The notes: a model not told the origin generated them from the sequence alone. 64,000 nt of DNA from Octopus sinensis (GCF_006345805.1 NC_043001.1:16926001-16990000), one strand, 5' to 3'; positions 50,912 through 63,721 are shown, counted from the stretch's first letter. A program made the numbers and translations.

Positions 50912-51445
50912 GGCGGCGAGCTGGCAGAAACGTTAGCGCGCCGGGCGAAAGGCTTAGTGGTATTTCGTCTGCCGTTACGTTCTGAGTTCAAATTCCGCCG
51001 AGGTCGACTTTGCCTTTCATCCTTTCGGGGTCGATGTAATTGACTTAATCCGTTTGTCTGTCCTTGTTTGTCCCCTCTGTGTGTAGCCCCTTGTGGGTAC
51101 TAAAGAAATAGGTATTTCGTCTGCCGTTACGTTCTGACTTCAAATTCCGCCGGGGTCGACATTGCCTTTCATCCTTTCGGGGTCGATTAAATAAGTACCA
51201 GTTAGGCACTGGGGTCGATGTAACCGACTTAATTCCTTTGTCTGTCCTTGTTTGTCCCCTCTGTGTGTAGCCCCTTATGGGCAGTAAAGAAACAGGTATT
51301 TCATCTGCCGCTACGTTCTGAGTTCAAATTTCGCCGAGGTAGACTTTACATTTTATTCTTTCGGAGTTGATAAATTAAATACCAGTTGCATCATGTGTCG
51401 ACCTATTCGACTGGACCCCACCCGCAAAATTTAGGGCCTTGTACC
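50912..51445 (+). mobile_element. Group C SINE array (three bodies; last is degraded with the alternative tail)
   Basis: Direct match; the first body has an internal deletion. Confidence 0.85.
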
Positions 51446-51525
51446 TAGAGTAGAAACGAATAATTAGGTTACACAACACACACACACACACACAACACAC
51501 ATGCACACACACACACACACACACG

Positions 51526-51562
<37 letters not shown>

Positions 51563-51948
51563 CACACACAAACGACACACACACACACACACACACACCC
51601 GGACACGTAATGCACATCCACGTAAACAAAGAATATTACTATAAATACAAAAGCACCAGAGTTAGCTGCCTCACACATCGTCATTAGCGGCATTCCCTCA
51701 AACCCCCACCCCTGGTGAGTGGCTGACGCGATCGTAGTTATGACATCCATGTCTTTTGTGACCAATTAACAAAATACGTCATGTAGGAATCACATGTGGG
51801 TTTACTATTTACTAAACAGCATTCATAAACATAATCATATAAATAAATGTGCTTGTATTCGGAATTTAACAATAATGTTTTTAAGGGAGATAACTCTTAT
51901 AAAGATTGCTATTTAAGTTTATAACAGTGCTCTCCCTTAGACGTAATA

Positions 51949-52348
51949 TCTATATATATAAAACTGTAGTTGTGTGAGTGTCTGTCCCCTTCGATTTAGA
52001 TTCCTAAATACTCCCACATTTTGCGGTGCAGTTTAACCAAATTCGGGTATCTTATAGTCGTGATTCATATCGAGCCCGTCTGGGTATTAGCGCGCGTCTA
52101 CGATGAGTCTACGATTAAAAAGAAAATTTACCATCATTTTTTCCATTTTAATGCATTTTTCGCTATTATATAAGGGAAGTAACTCTCTAAAAATGTCTAC
52201 GATGAGTCAACGATTTAAAAAAAATTTACCATCATTTTTTTTTTCCATTTTTAATGCATTTTTTTGCTATCTTTTGGCTATAACTCTCTAAAAATGTCTT
52301 ATAGTTATTTCCCTTACAAACCCGAGCAACGCCTGGCGATACTGCTAG
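51949..52348 (+). mobile_element. Non-autonomous Helitron with an internal ~100-bp tandem duplication
   Basis: A|TC start and the same 3' ~90 bp as the 20788 element, ending CTAG|T. The duplicated segment starts TCTACGATGAGTC. Confidence 0.85.
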
Positions 52349-53001
52349 TATATAATATAATATTCTGTTGTGTCTGGGGAGAGGCATTTTCTCTTTGTGC
52401 CTTATATTTAACACACTCACATCGGTGAAATTTCCCCTTATTTCTTATTTTTATTTTCCTAAAATTTTCGTTGCTTCTTGCAACCTTTCCAATAGTTTTG
52501 ACTCTGTCCGTTATTTACGCTGCGTTCCTTTTTGTTTGTTTGTGCGCATGCGTGTGGGTCAGTGTGTGTGTGTGTGTATGTGTGTGCCTGTACATGCATG
52601 TACGTATGTTTGTGTGTGTGTGTTTTTTCATGTGTGTGTATGTATATATGTGTGTGTGTATGCATATGTATATATGTACGTATGTGTGTGCATCTGTATG
52701 TATGCATTCTGCATATTCATGTGCTTGCCTGTCCGTGTTTGTGTATTTTCTATGTATGTGTGTGTGAGCATGTGTTTGTATATGTGTGCACCTCTGTCTC
52801 CTTGTGTGTGCATGTCTGTGTGTGTGTGTGTGTGTGTGTGTTATGCAACTATGTACCATGTTTGTATGTATGGATGTGTATCTTTATATGCGTGGATCCG
52901 TGTCTCCATATGTGTCTGTTCATATAGTCTATATACCTATCCGTCTGTATATTGATCTGTTTATTTACAAATCTATATGCTTTTTTTTCTGTATGTGGGG
53001 A

Positions 53002-53389
53002 TGGAAGCACTTCCGTCGGTTACGACGACGAGGGTTCCGGTTGATCCGAATCAACGGAACAGCCTGCTCGTGAAATTAACGTGTAAGTGGCTGAGCACTC
53101 CACAGACACGTGTACCCTTAACGTAGTTCTCGGGGATATTCAGCGTGACACAGAGAGTGACAAGGCTGGCCCCTTGAAATACAGGTACAACAGAAACAGG
53201 AAGTAAGAGTGAGAGAAAGTTGTGGTGAAAGAGTACAGCAGGGATCACCACCATCCCCTGCCTGAGCCTCGTGGAACTTTTAGGTGTTTTCGCTCAATAA
53301 ACACTCACAACGCCCGGTCTGGGAATCGAAACCGCGATCCTATGACCGCGAGTCCGCTGCCCTAACCACTGGGCCATTGCGCCTCCACA
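53002..53389 (-). mobile_element. Group A1 SINE
   Basis: 12-bp TSD TTTTCTGTATGT at 52985-52996 and 53390-53401. Confidence 0.92.
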
Positions 53390-53683
53390 TTTTCTGTATG
53401 TAAGCATAATAAGGCACGAACATAATAAGGCACAAAAAGAAATTGCCCCTCCCCAGAGTTTGAGCCTGATCGTGCCATTTTTCCTTCTGTCTTTACAGCG
53501 TAAGAATGGCCGCTCTACTAGCAATATGCACCAAAGAAGAACCTTGGAGCAGTGATCTGAGAAATGGTAATGGTGAACCGGTCCACCATTACCATCTCAC
53601 GCGCTTGCTGAATCTTCTTGTCAGTGGTGGAGGTTGGCAGGCATCCTACTCCCTCTTTGGGCAACATGCTTGTCTCGCCACTT

Positions 53684-54068
53684 GTGGAGGCGCAATGGCC
53701 CAGTGGTTAGGGCAGCGGACTCGCGGTCATAGGATCGCGGTTTCGATTCCCAGACCGGGCGTTGTGAGTGTTTATTGAGCGAAAACACCTAAAAGCTCCA
53801 CGAGGCTCCGGCAGGGGATGGTGGTGATCCCTGCTGTACTCTTTCACCACAACTTTCTCTCACTCTTACTTCCTGTTTCTGTTGTACCTGTATTTCAGGG
53901 GCCGGCCTTGTCACTCTCAGTGTCACGCTGAATATCCCCGAGAACTACGTTAAGGGTACACGTGTCTGTGGAGTGCTCAGCCACTTACACGTTAATTTCA
54001 CGAGCAGGCTGTTCCGTTGATTCGGATCAACCGGAACCCTCGTCGTCGTAACCGACGGAGTGCTTCCA
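53684..54068 (+). mobile_element. Group A1 SINE, head-to-head with the previous copy
   Basis: 13-bp TSD TGTCT(C/A)GCCACTT at 53671-53683 and 54069-54081. Confidence 0.92.
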
Positions 54069-54376
54069 TGTCTAGCCACTTTTAAACTTCTCGGTCCACT
54101 CATGCACACTTCTACGCGGTAGTGTAGTGTCCCTGTATTGTGTTAGAAGCCTTTGATGAATTTCAGGATCCTGACACACCTTCTGACCAGAGAAATTGGA
54201 CCACTGCTCTTCGTTCTTCTCTGGTGCACATTGCTACTATAAAGCCAAAAGGAAAAATTACGTCAGCAGACTAAAAATTCGATCCTGTAACCACAATAGT
54301 ACCAGTAAATAAGCACGCATGCACAGAAGGCTGTGGGACATAATAAAGGTATGTTATGGCGAAAGTGACTTCTCAT

Positions 54377-54427
<51 letters not shown>

Positions 54428-54579
54428 TATATCTATATATTATATATATATATATGTATATATATGTTGTATATAGATATATATACATATACATATATAT
54501 ATACATATATATATACATATAATATACCATATATATATTATATATATATACATACATATATATACCTATATATATATAT

Positions 54580-54625
<46 letters not shown>

Positions 54626-54688
54626 ATTTACTAAAAGCAAAAGATGAAGACAGGCGTATTAGTTTGACGCTCGGGAAAGAGAGAAAGT

Positions 54689-54724
54689 CTTTTATGTTTC
54701 GAGCCTAAGCTCTTCAACAGAAAG
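54689..54724 (-). ncRNA. Degenerate minimal hammerhead-like fold (CTGTTGA core) in a Penelope-like fragment (~54625-54750)
   Basis: CTTT CTGTTGA A GAGC-TTAG-GCTC GAAAC AT A AAAG; same architecture as 9457-9492. Confidence 0.4.
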
Positions 54725-54929
54725 GAACACGAGAAAATAAACAGAGAATTAAAAAAAAAGCTTTAGTAGGTTAGCGGTTACTCATGGCAATGGCCGGACA
54801 GAGGTGGTCAGACAGGAGATCTTGGAAGAAGGGGAGATAATAAAGTAGTGGTGATCCCAAAACGAAGGTGCGCTTGCGTGTTTATGTGAGAGCATGTGTG
54901 TAGGAGCTGGTGACCTTGACGTGTCGGTG

Positions 54930-55200
54930 TGTGCATTTATAAGTGTGCGGATGACGGTGTGAGTGCTGGGAAGTGGTCAGTGCTAGTGTGTGCAGGGTGG
55001 TGTAATGTGGTGTGGTGATGTGTGGTGTGTTGTGTTGCGATGGTGTGGTGTGGTGATGTGTGGTATGTTGTGTTGTGGTGTGGTGGTGTGTGACGTAGTG
55101 TGATGTGGTGTGTGGTGCGGTGTGGCATGATGTAGTGTGGTGGTGTGTGGTGTGGTGTGGTGGTGTTGGAGTGTGGGGGATGCCAGGGTGGCGGATGCAA
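54930..55200. repeat. (GTG/TGTGG)n low-complexity tract
   Basis: Direct. Confidence 0.9.
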
Positions 55201-55382
55201 GGTTGGAGTTTGGGTGGGGACTTCAGTTTGAACAATTTTCATGACGTTTCATATTTAAACGCTTTTATTTAATTCATTCAGTTGTTAAACATAAATAACT
55301 CTTGGATTTAAATGGTTCTGATTTACTGCCAGGGTAATTTTGGTCCACCCTATATAACATCATTGGGAACTTATATGATGGA

Positions 55383-55764
55383 TGAAAGCACTCCGTCGGT
55401 TACGACGACGAGGGTTCCGGTTGATCCGATCAACGGAACAGCCTGCTCGTGAAATTAACGTGTAAGTGGCTGAGCATTCCACAGACACGTGTACCCTTAA
55501 CGTAGTTCTCGGGGATATTCAGCGTGTCACAGAGAGTGACAAGGCCGGCCCTTTGAAATACAGGTACAACAGAAACAGGAAGTAAGAGTGAGAGAAAGTT
55601 GTGGTGAAAGTGTACAGCAGGGATCACCACCATCCTTGCCGGAGCCTCATGGAGCTTTAGGTGTTTTCGCTCAATAAACACTCACAACGCCCGGTCTGGG
55701 AATCGAAACCGCGATCCTACAACCGCGAGTCCGCTGCCCTAACCACTGGGCCATTGCGCCTCCA
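55383..55764 (-). mobile_element. Group A1 SINE
   Basis: 15-bp TSD CATTGGGAACTTATA at 55361-55375 and 55765-55779. Confidence 0.92.
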
Positions 55765-55844
55765 CATTGGGAACTTATAACATCATAACTCACAGAGAGC
55801 CAGCTATTCACAAAGCATGAACTTACGCTCAGCAATACACTTTC

Positions 55845-56117
55845 GGATCTTTTCGCTTTGACCGGCAGATTTTTAAAAAAATTTCTTTGTAACTAAACAC
55901 TTTTAAACTTCGTATACTGGTAGAATGTTACATAAAACATCTTTTTCTCTTGGCTTTCTTGAGAAAATTCTGTAGTTTGTAAGCTATTTGTTGTTAAATT
56001 TCTTGCATTTTTTTTATATGATGTTTTATAAACACATTCTACCAGTATACGAAGTTTAAAAGTGTTTAGTTACAAAGAAATTATTTTAAAAATCTGCCGG
56101 TCAAAGCGAAAAGATCC
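55845..56117. mobile_element. GGATC-terminus MITE, long-TIR variant
   Basis: ~100-bp inverted arms with flanks ACACTTTC/ACTCTTTC. The left arm is homologous to the 29967 element. Confidence 0.82.
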
Positions 56118-56197
56118 ACTCTTTCAAATCCTCATCATATTTCAACCTGTATACATGCGCTCTCTCTCACTCTTCTGTTACTGAATTTATAGTTTTA

Positions 56198-56580
56198 TCT
56201 CTCTCTATATAAACGGCAGTTTGTCTGTGCGTGTTTCTGTGTGTCTGTTTGCTTGTACCCTCACCCTGACCACGGCTTTCAACCGATTCTGATGAAACTT
56301 GACACACACATAGCCCAATGTCATAATTCAAAACTAACGCAGGGAAAATTTTGAAAAGTTCCCCCAGTTCTGAAAAAAATCGATAAATTCGACATGGGGT
56401 TGAGAATTAGAAACACAAACCGCAAACTGTCTAGGGGACGCAACTCCACCTTTTTAAACTAAAAAAAAAATTTACCATCATTTTTTTCCATTTTTTTGCT
56501 ATTTTTTGGCTATAACTCTCTAAAAATGCTTTATAGTTATTTCCCTTACAAACCTGAGCAACGCCGGGCGATACTGCTAG
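56198..56580 (+). mobile_element. Non-autonomous Helitron
   Basis: A|TC ... hairpin CTAG|T; near-identical to 20788-21173. Confidence 0.88.
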
Positions 56581-56890
56581 TATAATCATATAATGCTTGA
56601 TAGCATAGACTCAATGACTGATAGCAAGTATTACTTAATGACACACAGTATAGGCTTAATGAATGATAGCACGTATTACTTTATGACTGATAGCTTATCT
56701 TACTTAAACCCATGCATTACTCTCCCGTCATTTTTTTAAACAACTTCTTCTTCACCGTTCATTTCCTGTTCATTATCCTATGTATTTTCCATACACCTTT
56801 GACTACTTTTTCTAATGAATTGTAAGAGCACCTGAGCATGATATGTAATGAGTTTATTATTACTATTGCCCTTGTGGCAAAATTTGAAAC

Positions 56891-56892
<2 letters not shown>

Positions 56893-56972
<80 letters not shown>

Positions 56973-57060
56973 TGTTTGACGTTTGCTTTATGTCTGTACA
57001 AGTTGGCTCCAAGTCTCATCCAGAGACCTCAAGAGACAACAGGTTGGAAGTTCACGTTGT
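56893..57060 (-). mobile_element. Probable extreme 3' end of an R4/Dong-like element with a (TAA)n tail
   Basis: The minus strand reads GAGGTCTCTGGATGAGACTTGGAGCCAACTTGTAC...AAACAG, then (AAT)n. Assignment is from recall of this clade's TAA tails. Confidence 0.45.
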
Positions 57061-57184
57061 TGTTATGCCTAGTGTGCCATATATTTGTTTGTTTTTTGTG
57101 TTGTACTAGTCTAATACATATTATGTCTAATACATAAAAAATAAGTTTGTTTTAAACCTTGGGATTATTATTATTATTATTATG

Positions 57185-57223
<39 letters not shown>

Positions 57224-57269
57224 GTTGTTGTTATTATTATTATTATTCCATTATTTCATTTTTTTCATT

Positions 57270-57562
57270 TAATTTCATCTAGTTTCAGCTCACGAGCTGT
57301 GGTCATGCTGTGGCCATGCTGGGGCACCGCCATTCGGTGTTGTTACATGATTTTACTTCACGAATGCTTTTTAGCAATTGACATTTGGTGCATGAGAAAG
57401 TTTGATGCAGCTGCCCTCATCTGCACCTCCTGCCGTGCAGTTGATTCATCTGGGATCCTGACAGGAAGAGGTCCAGCTTTATTTTAAAGACATGTGTATC
57501 CACCCCATGCAGGTCTCTCGGGTCCTTCTGGAGGATATTGAAGAGCTGGTGGGGCCCAGTTA
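57270..57562 (-). mobile_element. 3' end of an L2/Crack/CR1-group LINE
   Basis: GPHQLFNILQKDPRDLHGVDTHVFKIKLDLFLS. The 3' UTR GGCGGTGCCCCAGCATGGCCACAG...CTGAAAC is shared with the group B SINE tail. Confidence 0.7.
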
Positions 57563-57565
57563 GAA

Positions 57566-58440
57566 AGAACCGGACCAAACCGGCCCGAACCGGTTCGAAC
57601 CGAATCAAACCGGTCCAAACCGGATCAAACTTGTCCAAACCGATTCTAACCGGATCAAACCGGACCAAACCGGTTCAAACCGGTTTAAACCGGATCAAAC
57701 CGATTCAGACCGGTTCGAACCGCTCCAAACTGGTTTGATCCGGTTTGATCCGGTTTCAACCGGTTTGATCCGGTTTAAACCAGTTTGGACCGATTTGATC
57801 CGGTTTGAACCGGTTTGATCTGGTTTCGACGGGTTTGGGCCAGTTTCATCCGGTTTGGACCGGTTTGAACCAGTTTGGTCCGGTTTGGTTCGGTTTGGTT
57901 AGGTCCGGCTTCGTCCGGTTTGATCCACAAACCGGTTCAACAGAGTATTGCTTTTTGGTTTACCGTAAGGTTTGGACCGGTTTGGTCCTTTGGTCAAACC
58001 GGTCCAAACCGGACCAAACCGGTCGAAACCCGATCAAACCGGTTCAAACCGGTTCAAACGGTCCGGTTTGGTTTGGACCGGGTTGGACATTCCTTTGAAA
58101 ATCGGTACGAACTTTCCGGACAACCCAATAAAACATAACAAACCGGACCGATCCGGTCCGAACTGCACCAAACCGGACCGAACCGGTCAGAACCGGAACG
58201 AACCGGACTAAACCGGTCCATACCGGTCAAAAAGCGGTCCAAAACAATTTGATCCGGTTTGATCCGGTTTGAACCGGTTTGGACCGGTTTGATCCGGCTT
58301 GAACCGGTTTAGTCCGGTTTTATTCGGTCAGGTTTTGTCCGGTTCGGTTTGGTCTGGTTTGGTCCGGTTCGGACCGGTTTGGTCCGGTTCGGTACGGTTT
58401 GGTTCAGTTCGGACCGGTTCGGTCCGGTTTGTTATGTTCT
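57566..58440. repeat. ACCGG-based ~10-bp degenerate satellite in alternating inverted blocks
   Basis: AAACCGGATC-type and GATCCGGTTT-type blocks alternate. 58128-58440 is a fold-back bounded by AACATAACAAACCGGACCG and its reverse complement. Confidence 0.9.
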
Positions 58441-58444
58441 TATT

Positions 58445-58745
58445 GCTAGCATGGGTTGGATGAATGACTGAGGGCTTGCGAACCAGATGGCTGCACCAGG
58501 CTTCAATCTTGATCTGGCAGAGTTTCTACAGCAGGATGCCCTTCCTAACGCCAACCACTCCGAGAGTATAGTGGGTGCTTTTACGTGCCACCGGCACGGG
58601 GCCAGTCAGACAGTACTGGCAACGACCTCGCTTGAATCTTTTACACAGTAAGGCGATGCTGGTAACGATCATGCTCGAACGGTGTCTTTTACGTGCCACT
58701 GGCACAGAGGCCAGATAGCCGCTCTGGCAACGATCACGCTCGGAT
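58445..58745 (-). mobile_element. RTE-type 3' UTR fragment
   Basis: GGATGCCCTTCCTAACGCCAACCACTCC motif, shared with the RTE at 61235-62140. Confidence 0.75.
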
Positions 58746-59054
58746 GATGATCAACAATAAAAAAAGTAAAGGTTCCAATGGCAAAACAAACAATAGCAGT
58801 GCTACATGCATTTGAAGGTCCCTATATTTTGGCAAACTTCGGTAATATTACATTCGCATTCAAATGTGAAATAAATAAATATGTAATTGCATGTTATTTG
58901 TGTGATAAAAAAAAAAAGATGTCAAAACTAAACTAAGAAAGCAAAACTTTCATTGGTTTTCGATGGTGTCATTACATTAGTACACAAAATGAAGCTGAAC
59001 TCTGCACCACATTTTGGGAACACTCTGCACTTATTTTTTTATACTCGTGTACAT

Positions 59055-59087
<33 letters not shown>

Positions 59088-59312
59088 TATATTTAATATA
59101 TATATATACATATATATATATATACATATATATTATATATATATATATACATATATATACGTATATATACATATATATATACACATATATATATACATAT
59201 ATATATATTCATATACATATATATTACACACACATATGCACATGTATATATGCATATATGCATATATACACATATATACATATGCATATATGTATGTATA
59301 TATATATGTATG

Positions 59313-59369
<57 letters not shown>

Positions 59370-60399
59370 GGGTACACATATATATATATTTGTAAGTATG
59401 TATGCATGTATATTCATCTGCCTCATCTTTTCCCCCCTAATGTTCATTATAGAAATAACACCGACACTTTCTGATAACATTTTCTCCCTCCTTTTAACCT
59501 TTACATCACAGCTAGAATGTCATGTTATGCTAACTTATCTCACTCAAACATGTAACACTCTTCTCTGATGGACAACTCTAATGCAAAGGACAGTTACACC
59601 AGCTGTTACTAAAACCAAAAAAAAAAAAAAAACAGACAAAAAGAATAATATATAATACAATAATAAAACAGTTATACTAAAACAATAAAACAACTGCAAT
59701 TGAATAATCTATCTTTCCAGAAATGGATGTTGCTGGAAAGCCAATACTTAGAAAATTCTTCAAAAAAGAACTCATGGAAATGTCAGTGTGTTAGAGTTAA
59801 CATTTTTAATTTTTTAAGCTTTAAGTGCATGCTGGTAATTATGGGGACATGGGGACAAGGGGACATGTGATGCAGTGTTGCTGCATCACATGTAGGGGTG
59901 AATTTCTTGTCAGTTTATCTGAAGATAATTTTTAGTATTCTATATATTTCATTTATAATTCTGGATTTGAAGATCTGGGTAACTGCGAGAGGCGAATATT
60001 TTTCGTGGGGTGTGGAAATTGTTTTGTAGTTAAGTAGTTAATCCCTAGTTTGAACTGTAATATTTTTAAATTTCAAAGGTTATTGACCCTAGTAGCTGTT
60101 TTGATTTTCCATTAAATTATTGTATATATATATATATATATATTAATATATTAATATATTGTATATATATATATATATATATTAATAATAAAATATTAGG
60201 GAATAAATCCAAACTTACAGGGAAAAATCAGATTTAGGATTGAATCCAATTTTATAGTAAAATATTATATTATATTAAATTAGAGATAAAACCACTATTA
60301 GGCAAATCATACAATGAAAAACTTAAGCCAATACATAAAATTAATTAATTTATATTATTTTAAATATATATCAAAATTATTAAAAAAAGATAATTAGTA

Positions 60400-60468
60400 T
60401 AACACTACGATCGTTTCATGGCTGTCCAATCCGTAAAAATCCGAGTTACAGTCATTCTTCAGGTGATT
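60400..60468 (-). ncRNA. Hammerhead ribozyme-like fold in an AT-rich Penelope-like remnant (~60170-61070)
   Basis: CAC CTGAAGA ATGACTGT...ACAGCCAT GAAAC GATC GT A GTG. Canonical core, GUA triplet, perfect ACGATCGT palindrome as stem III. Confidence 0.65.
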
Positions 60469-61190
60469 GAAATATCTAAAATAAAATCAGAAATATTTAA
60501 ACAATATTTTTAAGATATAAATATTATATATAATATAATAATTTTACTTATAATAAACTCTATTATCAAACTAGAGACATAGAACTTAACAATTATGATT
60601 ATATCCAAATCGACTATAATGTTAAATATTAATTTTAATTTATAAGGTAGGAAACCCACCCATAATCTAATATCAATATTAGTCTATATCTAATTACATA
60701 AATATTTAAAATGACTAATATATATAAATTATCAATGAAAATATATAAATGTATATAAATATTATAATTAAGATCTAAAATAATCTCTATAAATAATTGT
60801 ATATGCACATATAATAAAAACCTAATAAATTTAATTTTTCATATTTAAATATGAAATAGCTAATTTCAAAATACAAATAAACTAACTTAAACGAACTTTC
60901 GTAAATCTTTTAGAAATAATCAATTCGTAGTAATTGTAGTTTTAAATTTATAATTAAATTAGATAAACTTTGATAAACTTAGATATGTTTCGACTAAAGA
61001 TTGGTCCAGGCCATTTCTAATTTAATAGCATAACTTAGTTATATAAATATATATCAAAATTATATTGATCTATATATATATATATATATATAGATCAAGA
61101 TTGGAGTCTGGTGCAGCCATCTGGTTCGCCAGCCCTCAGTCAAATCGTCCAACCCATGCTAGCATGGAAGCGAACGTTAAACGATGATGA

Positions 61191-61234
<44 letters not shown>

Positions 61235-61238
<4 letters not shown>

Positions 61239-62140
61239 TCATCATCATTGTTTAACGTCCATTTTCTATGCTAGCATGGGTTGGATGGTTCGACCGGGGT
61301 CTGGGAGGCTGCACCAGGCTCCAGTCTGATCTGGCAGAGCTTCTACAACTGGATGCCCTTCCTAATGCCAACCACTCCGTGAGTGTAGTGGGTGCTTTTT
61401 ATGTGCCACCGGCACAGATGCCAGGGGAGGCTGGCAGTGGCCACGATCGGTTGGTGCTTTTTATGTGCCACCGCAATGGAAGCCAATCAAGGCAGCACTG
61501 GCATCGGGTACGTTCGGATGGTGCTTTTTACGTGCCACTGGCACAGGTATCACAACCTCAATTTCCATTTGATTTTGATTTTGATGTTGATTTACTTGAC
61601 TAAATAGGTCTCCTCAAGCACAGCAGGTCACTCTACGATCCAAGGTAAGCACAGCAGGCCCTCCTGTGAGCCATGAACTCACTTCATTTGTCAGGTCTTT
61701 GCAGTCACAGCATATCTCCAGAGATCTCAGTCTTTCGTCATTGCCTCTGTGAGGCCCAACGTTCAAAGGCCATGCTTCACCACCTCATCCCATGTCTTCC
61801 TGGGTCTACCTCTACCCCGGATTCCTTCAACTGTTTGGGAGTGGCACTTCTTCACACATCTCTTCTCATCCATCCGCAGTACATGACCATACCATCGCAA
61901 GCGTCTCTCTTGCACGCCACATCCAATGCTTCTTATATCCAGCATTTCTCTCAGGGTGCTTACACTCTGTCGTTTGTGCACACTGACACTACACACCCAG
62001 CGGATCATGCTAGCTTCATTTCTTTCAAGCTTACCCATGTCCTCTGCAGTCACAGCCCATGTTTCACTACCGTGAAGCATGGCAGTTCACACACATGCGT
62101 TGTACAATCTACCTTTCACTCTGAGCAAGAGATCCTTTGT
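61235..62140 (-). mobile_element. 5'-truncated RTE-clade LINE with a (GAT)n tail
   Basis: ORF 61763-62080 reads MLHGSETW...RRLRWYGHVLRM...RGRGRPRKTW, followed by the 3' UTR. Short related tail fragments lie at 61097-61196 (+), 62370-62530 (+) and 62537-62622 (-). Confidence 0.9.
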
Positions 62141-62192
62141 CACCAGTATATATATGTGTGTATGTGTGTGTGTATATATATACATATATATA

Positions 62193-62223
<31 letters not shown>

Positions 62224-62739
62224 GTATATATATATACTCAATATAAAATAGTGCACATTTAAACACAAGAGAAAACTGCCTTCAACAGGAAGTTTTTACA
62301 TGCTAGAAAAAGTAGTCAAAACGACCAAAACCACATTTAAGAGCAATCTTCAAAAGGAATGAAAAAAGCACCCACTACGCTCACGGAGTGGTTGGCATTA
62401 GGAAGGGCATCCAGTTGTAGAAACTCTGCCAGATCAGACTGGAGCCTGGTGCAGCCTCCTAGACTCTGGTCGGACCATCCAACCCGTGCTAGCATGGAAA
62501 ATGGACGTTAAACAATGATGATGATGATATATATATCATCATCATCATCATCATCATCGTTTAACGCCCGCTTTCCATGCTAGCATGGGTTGGACGATTT
62601 GACTGAGGGCTGGCGAACCAGAAAAATAAAAACTTTTAGGGTAAAAGTTTTAACTTTTCCTAGGAGAGTCCTAGGGGCAGAGTCCTCAAGCATGCTTCCC
62701 ATTGCGTCATGTTAGAACCTATCACCACCAATCGATCCA

Positions 62740-63400
62740 CCTGCATGTGTATGTATGCATAGATACTTACATTTGTACATACATATTTACATTTACATAC
62801 ATACATACATACATACACGCATGCATACATATGTACATACATACATACACACACATACACACATACATACGCACGTGCATACACACATACACACACATAC
62901 ATACATACACATATACATACTTGCACACATGCATTCATACATACACACATACATACATACATGCATACATACATGCGTACATACATACACACAAATACAC
63001 ACACACACATACATACACACATACACACACACATACATACACACACATACACATACATACATACATAATACATACATACATACATACATACATACACATA
63101 TACATACACACCCATACTTATACACATACATTCATACATACTCGCACACATATACACGCATACATACATACATACGTACATACATACATACACACAAAGA
63201 CACACACACACATATACTTACACACATACATTCATACTTACATACATACATACACACAAATACACACACATACACACATACATACACACATACACACACA
63301 TACACATACAAACATACATACACATATATATACACGCACATACATACACACATACACTCATACATACACACACATACATACGCATACTCACACATACACC
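62740..63400. repeat. (CATA)n/(CA)n microsatellite field
   Basis: Direct. Confidence 0.95.
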
Positions 63401-63415
63401 ATTCTTCCCTTTTTT

Positions 63416-63553
63416 TTAGCTTCCTTCCTTTTCTCCACCACAATGATGACATGGTGCAACATATTCTTCATAATCTAAAAGGCCATTTCTTCTTAAAAAC
63501 GCAACTGCTTCCCTCTCGCCACTGATCACATTGTAAAAATCTTTAGTCAGCAT
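63416..63553 (-). pseudogene. N-terminus of a Merlin/IS1016 (ISXO2-like) transposase, truncated
   Basis: MLTKDFYNVISGEREAVAFLRRNGLL...CHHCG resembles the E..A..FL...GLL...CxxCG zinc-ribbon start of this family (recall). Confidence 0.45.
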
Positions 63554-63721
63554 CTTAAGGAGTTTTAGAAATTGGAAAGTAAAACCGAAGACTAACGTGG
63601 AGTCATCTCCCTTTAAGTCGTAGATCCCCTGCCAAAGTAGCACCAAAATAAATTCATTACACACATGTGAGTGAGAACACTTTGAGATATTTTTGGTATC
63701 TAACATATGTCAGATACTGCG

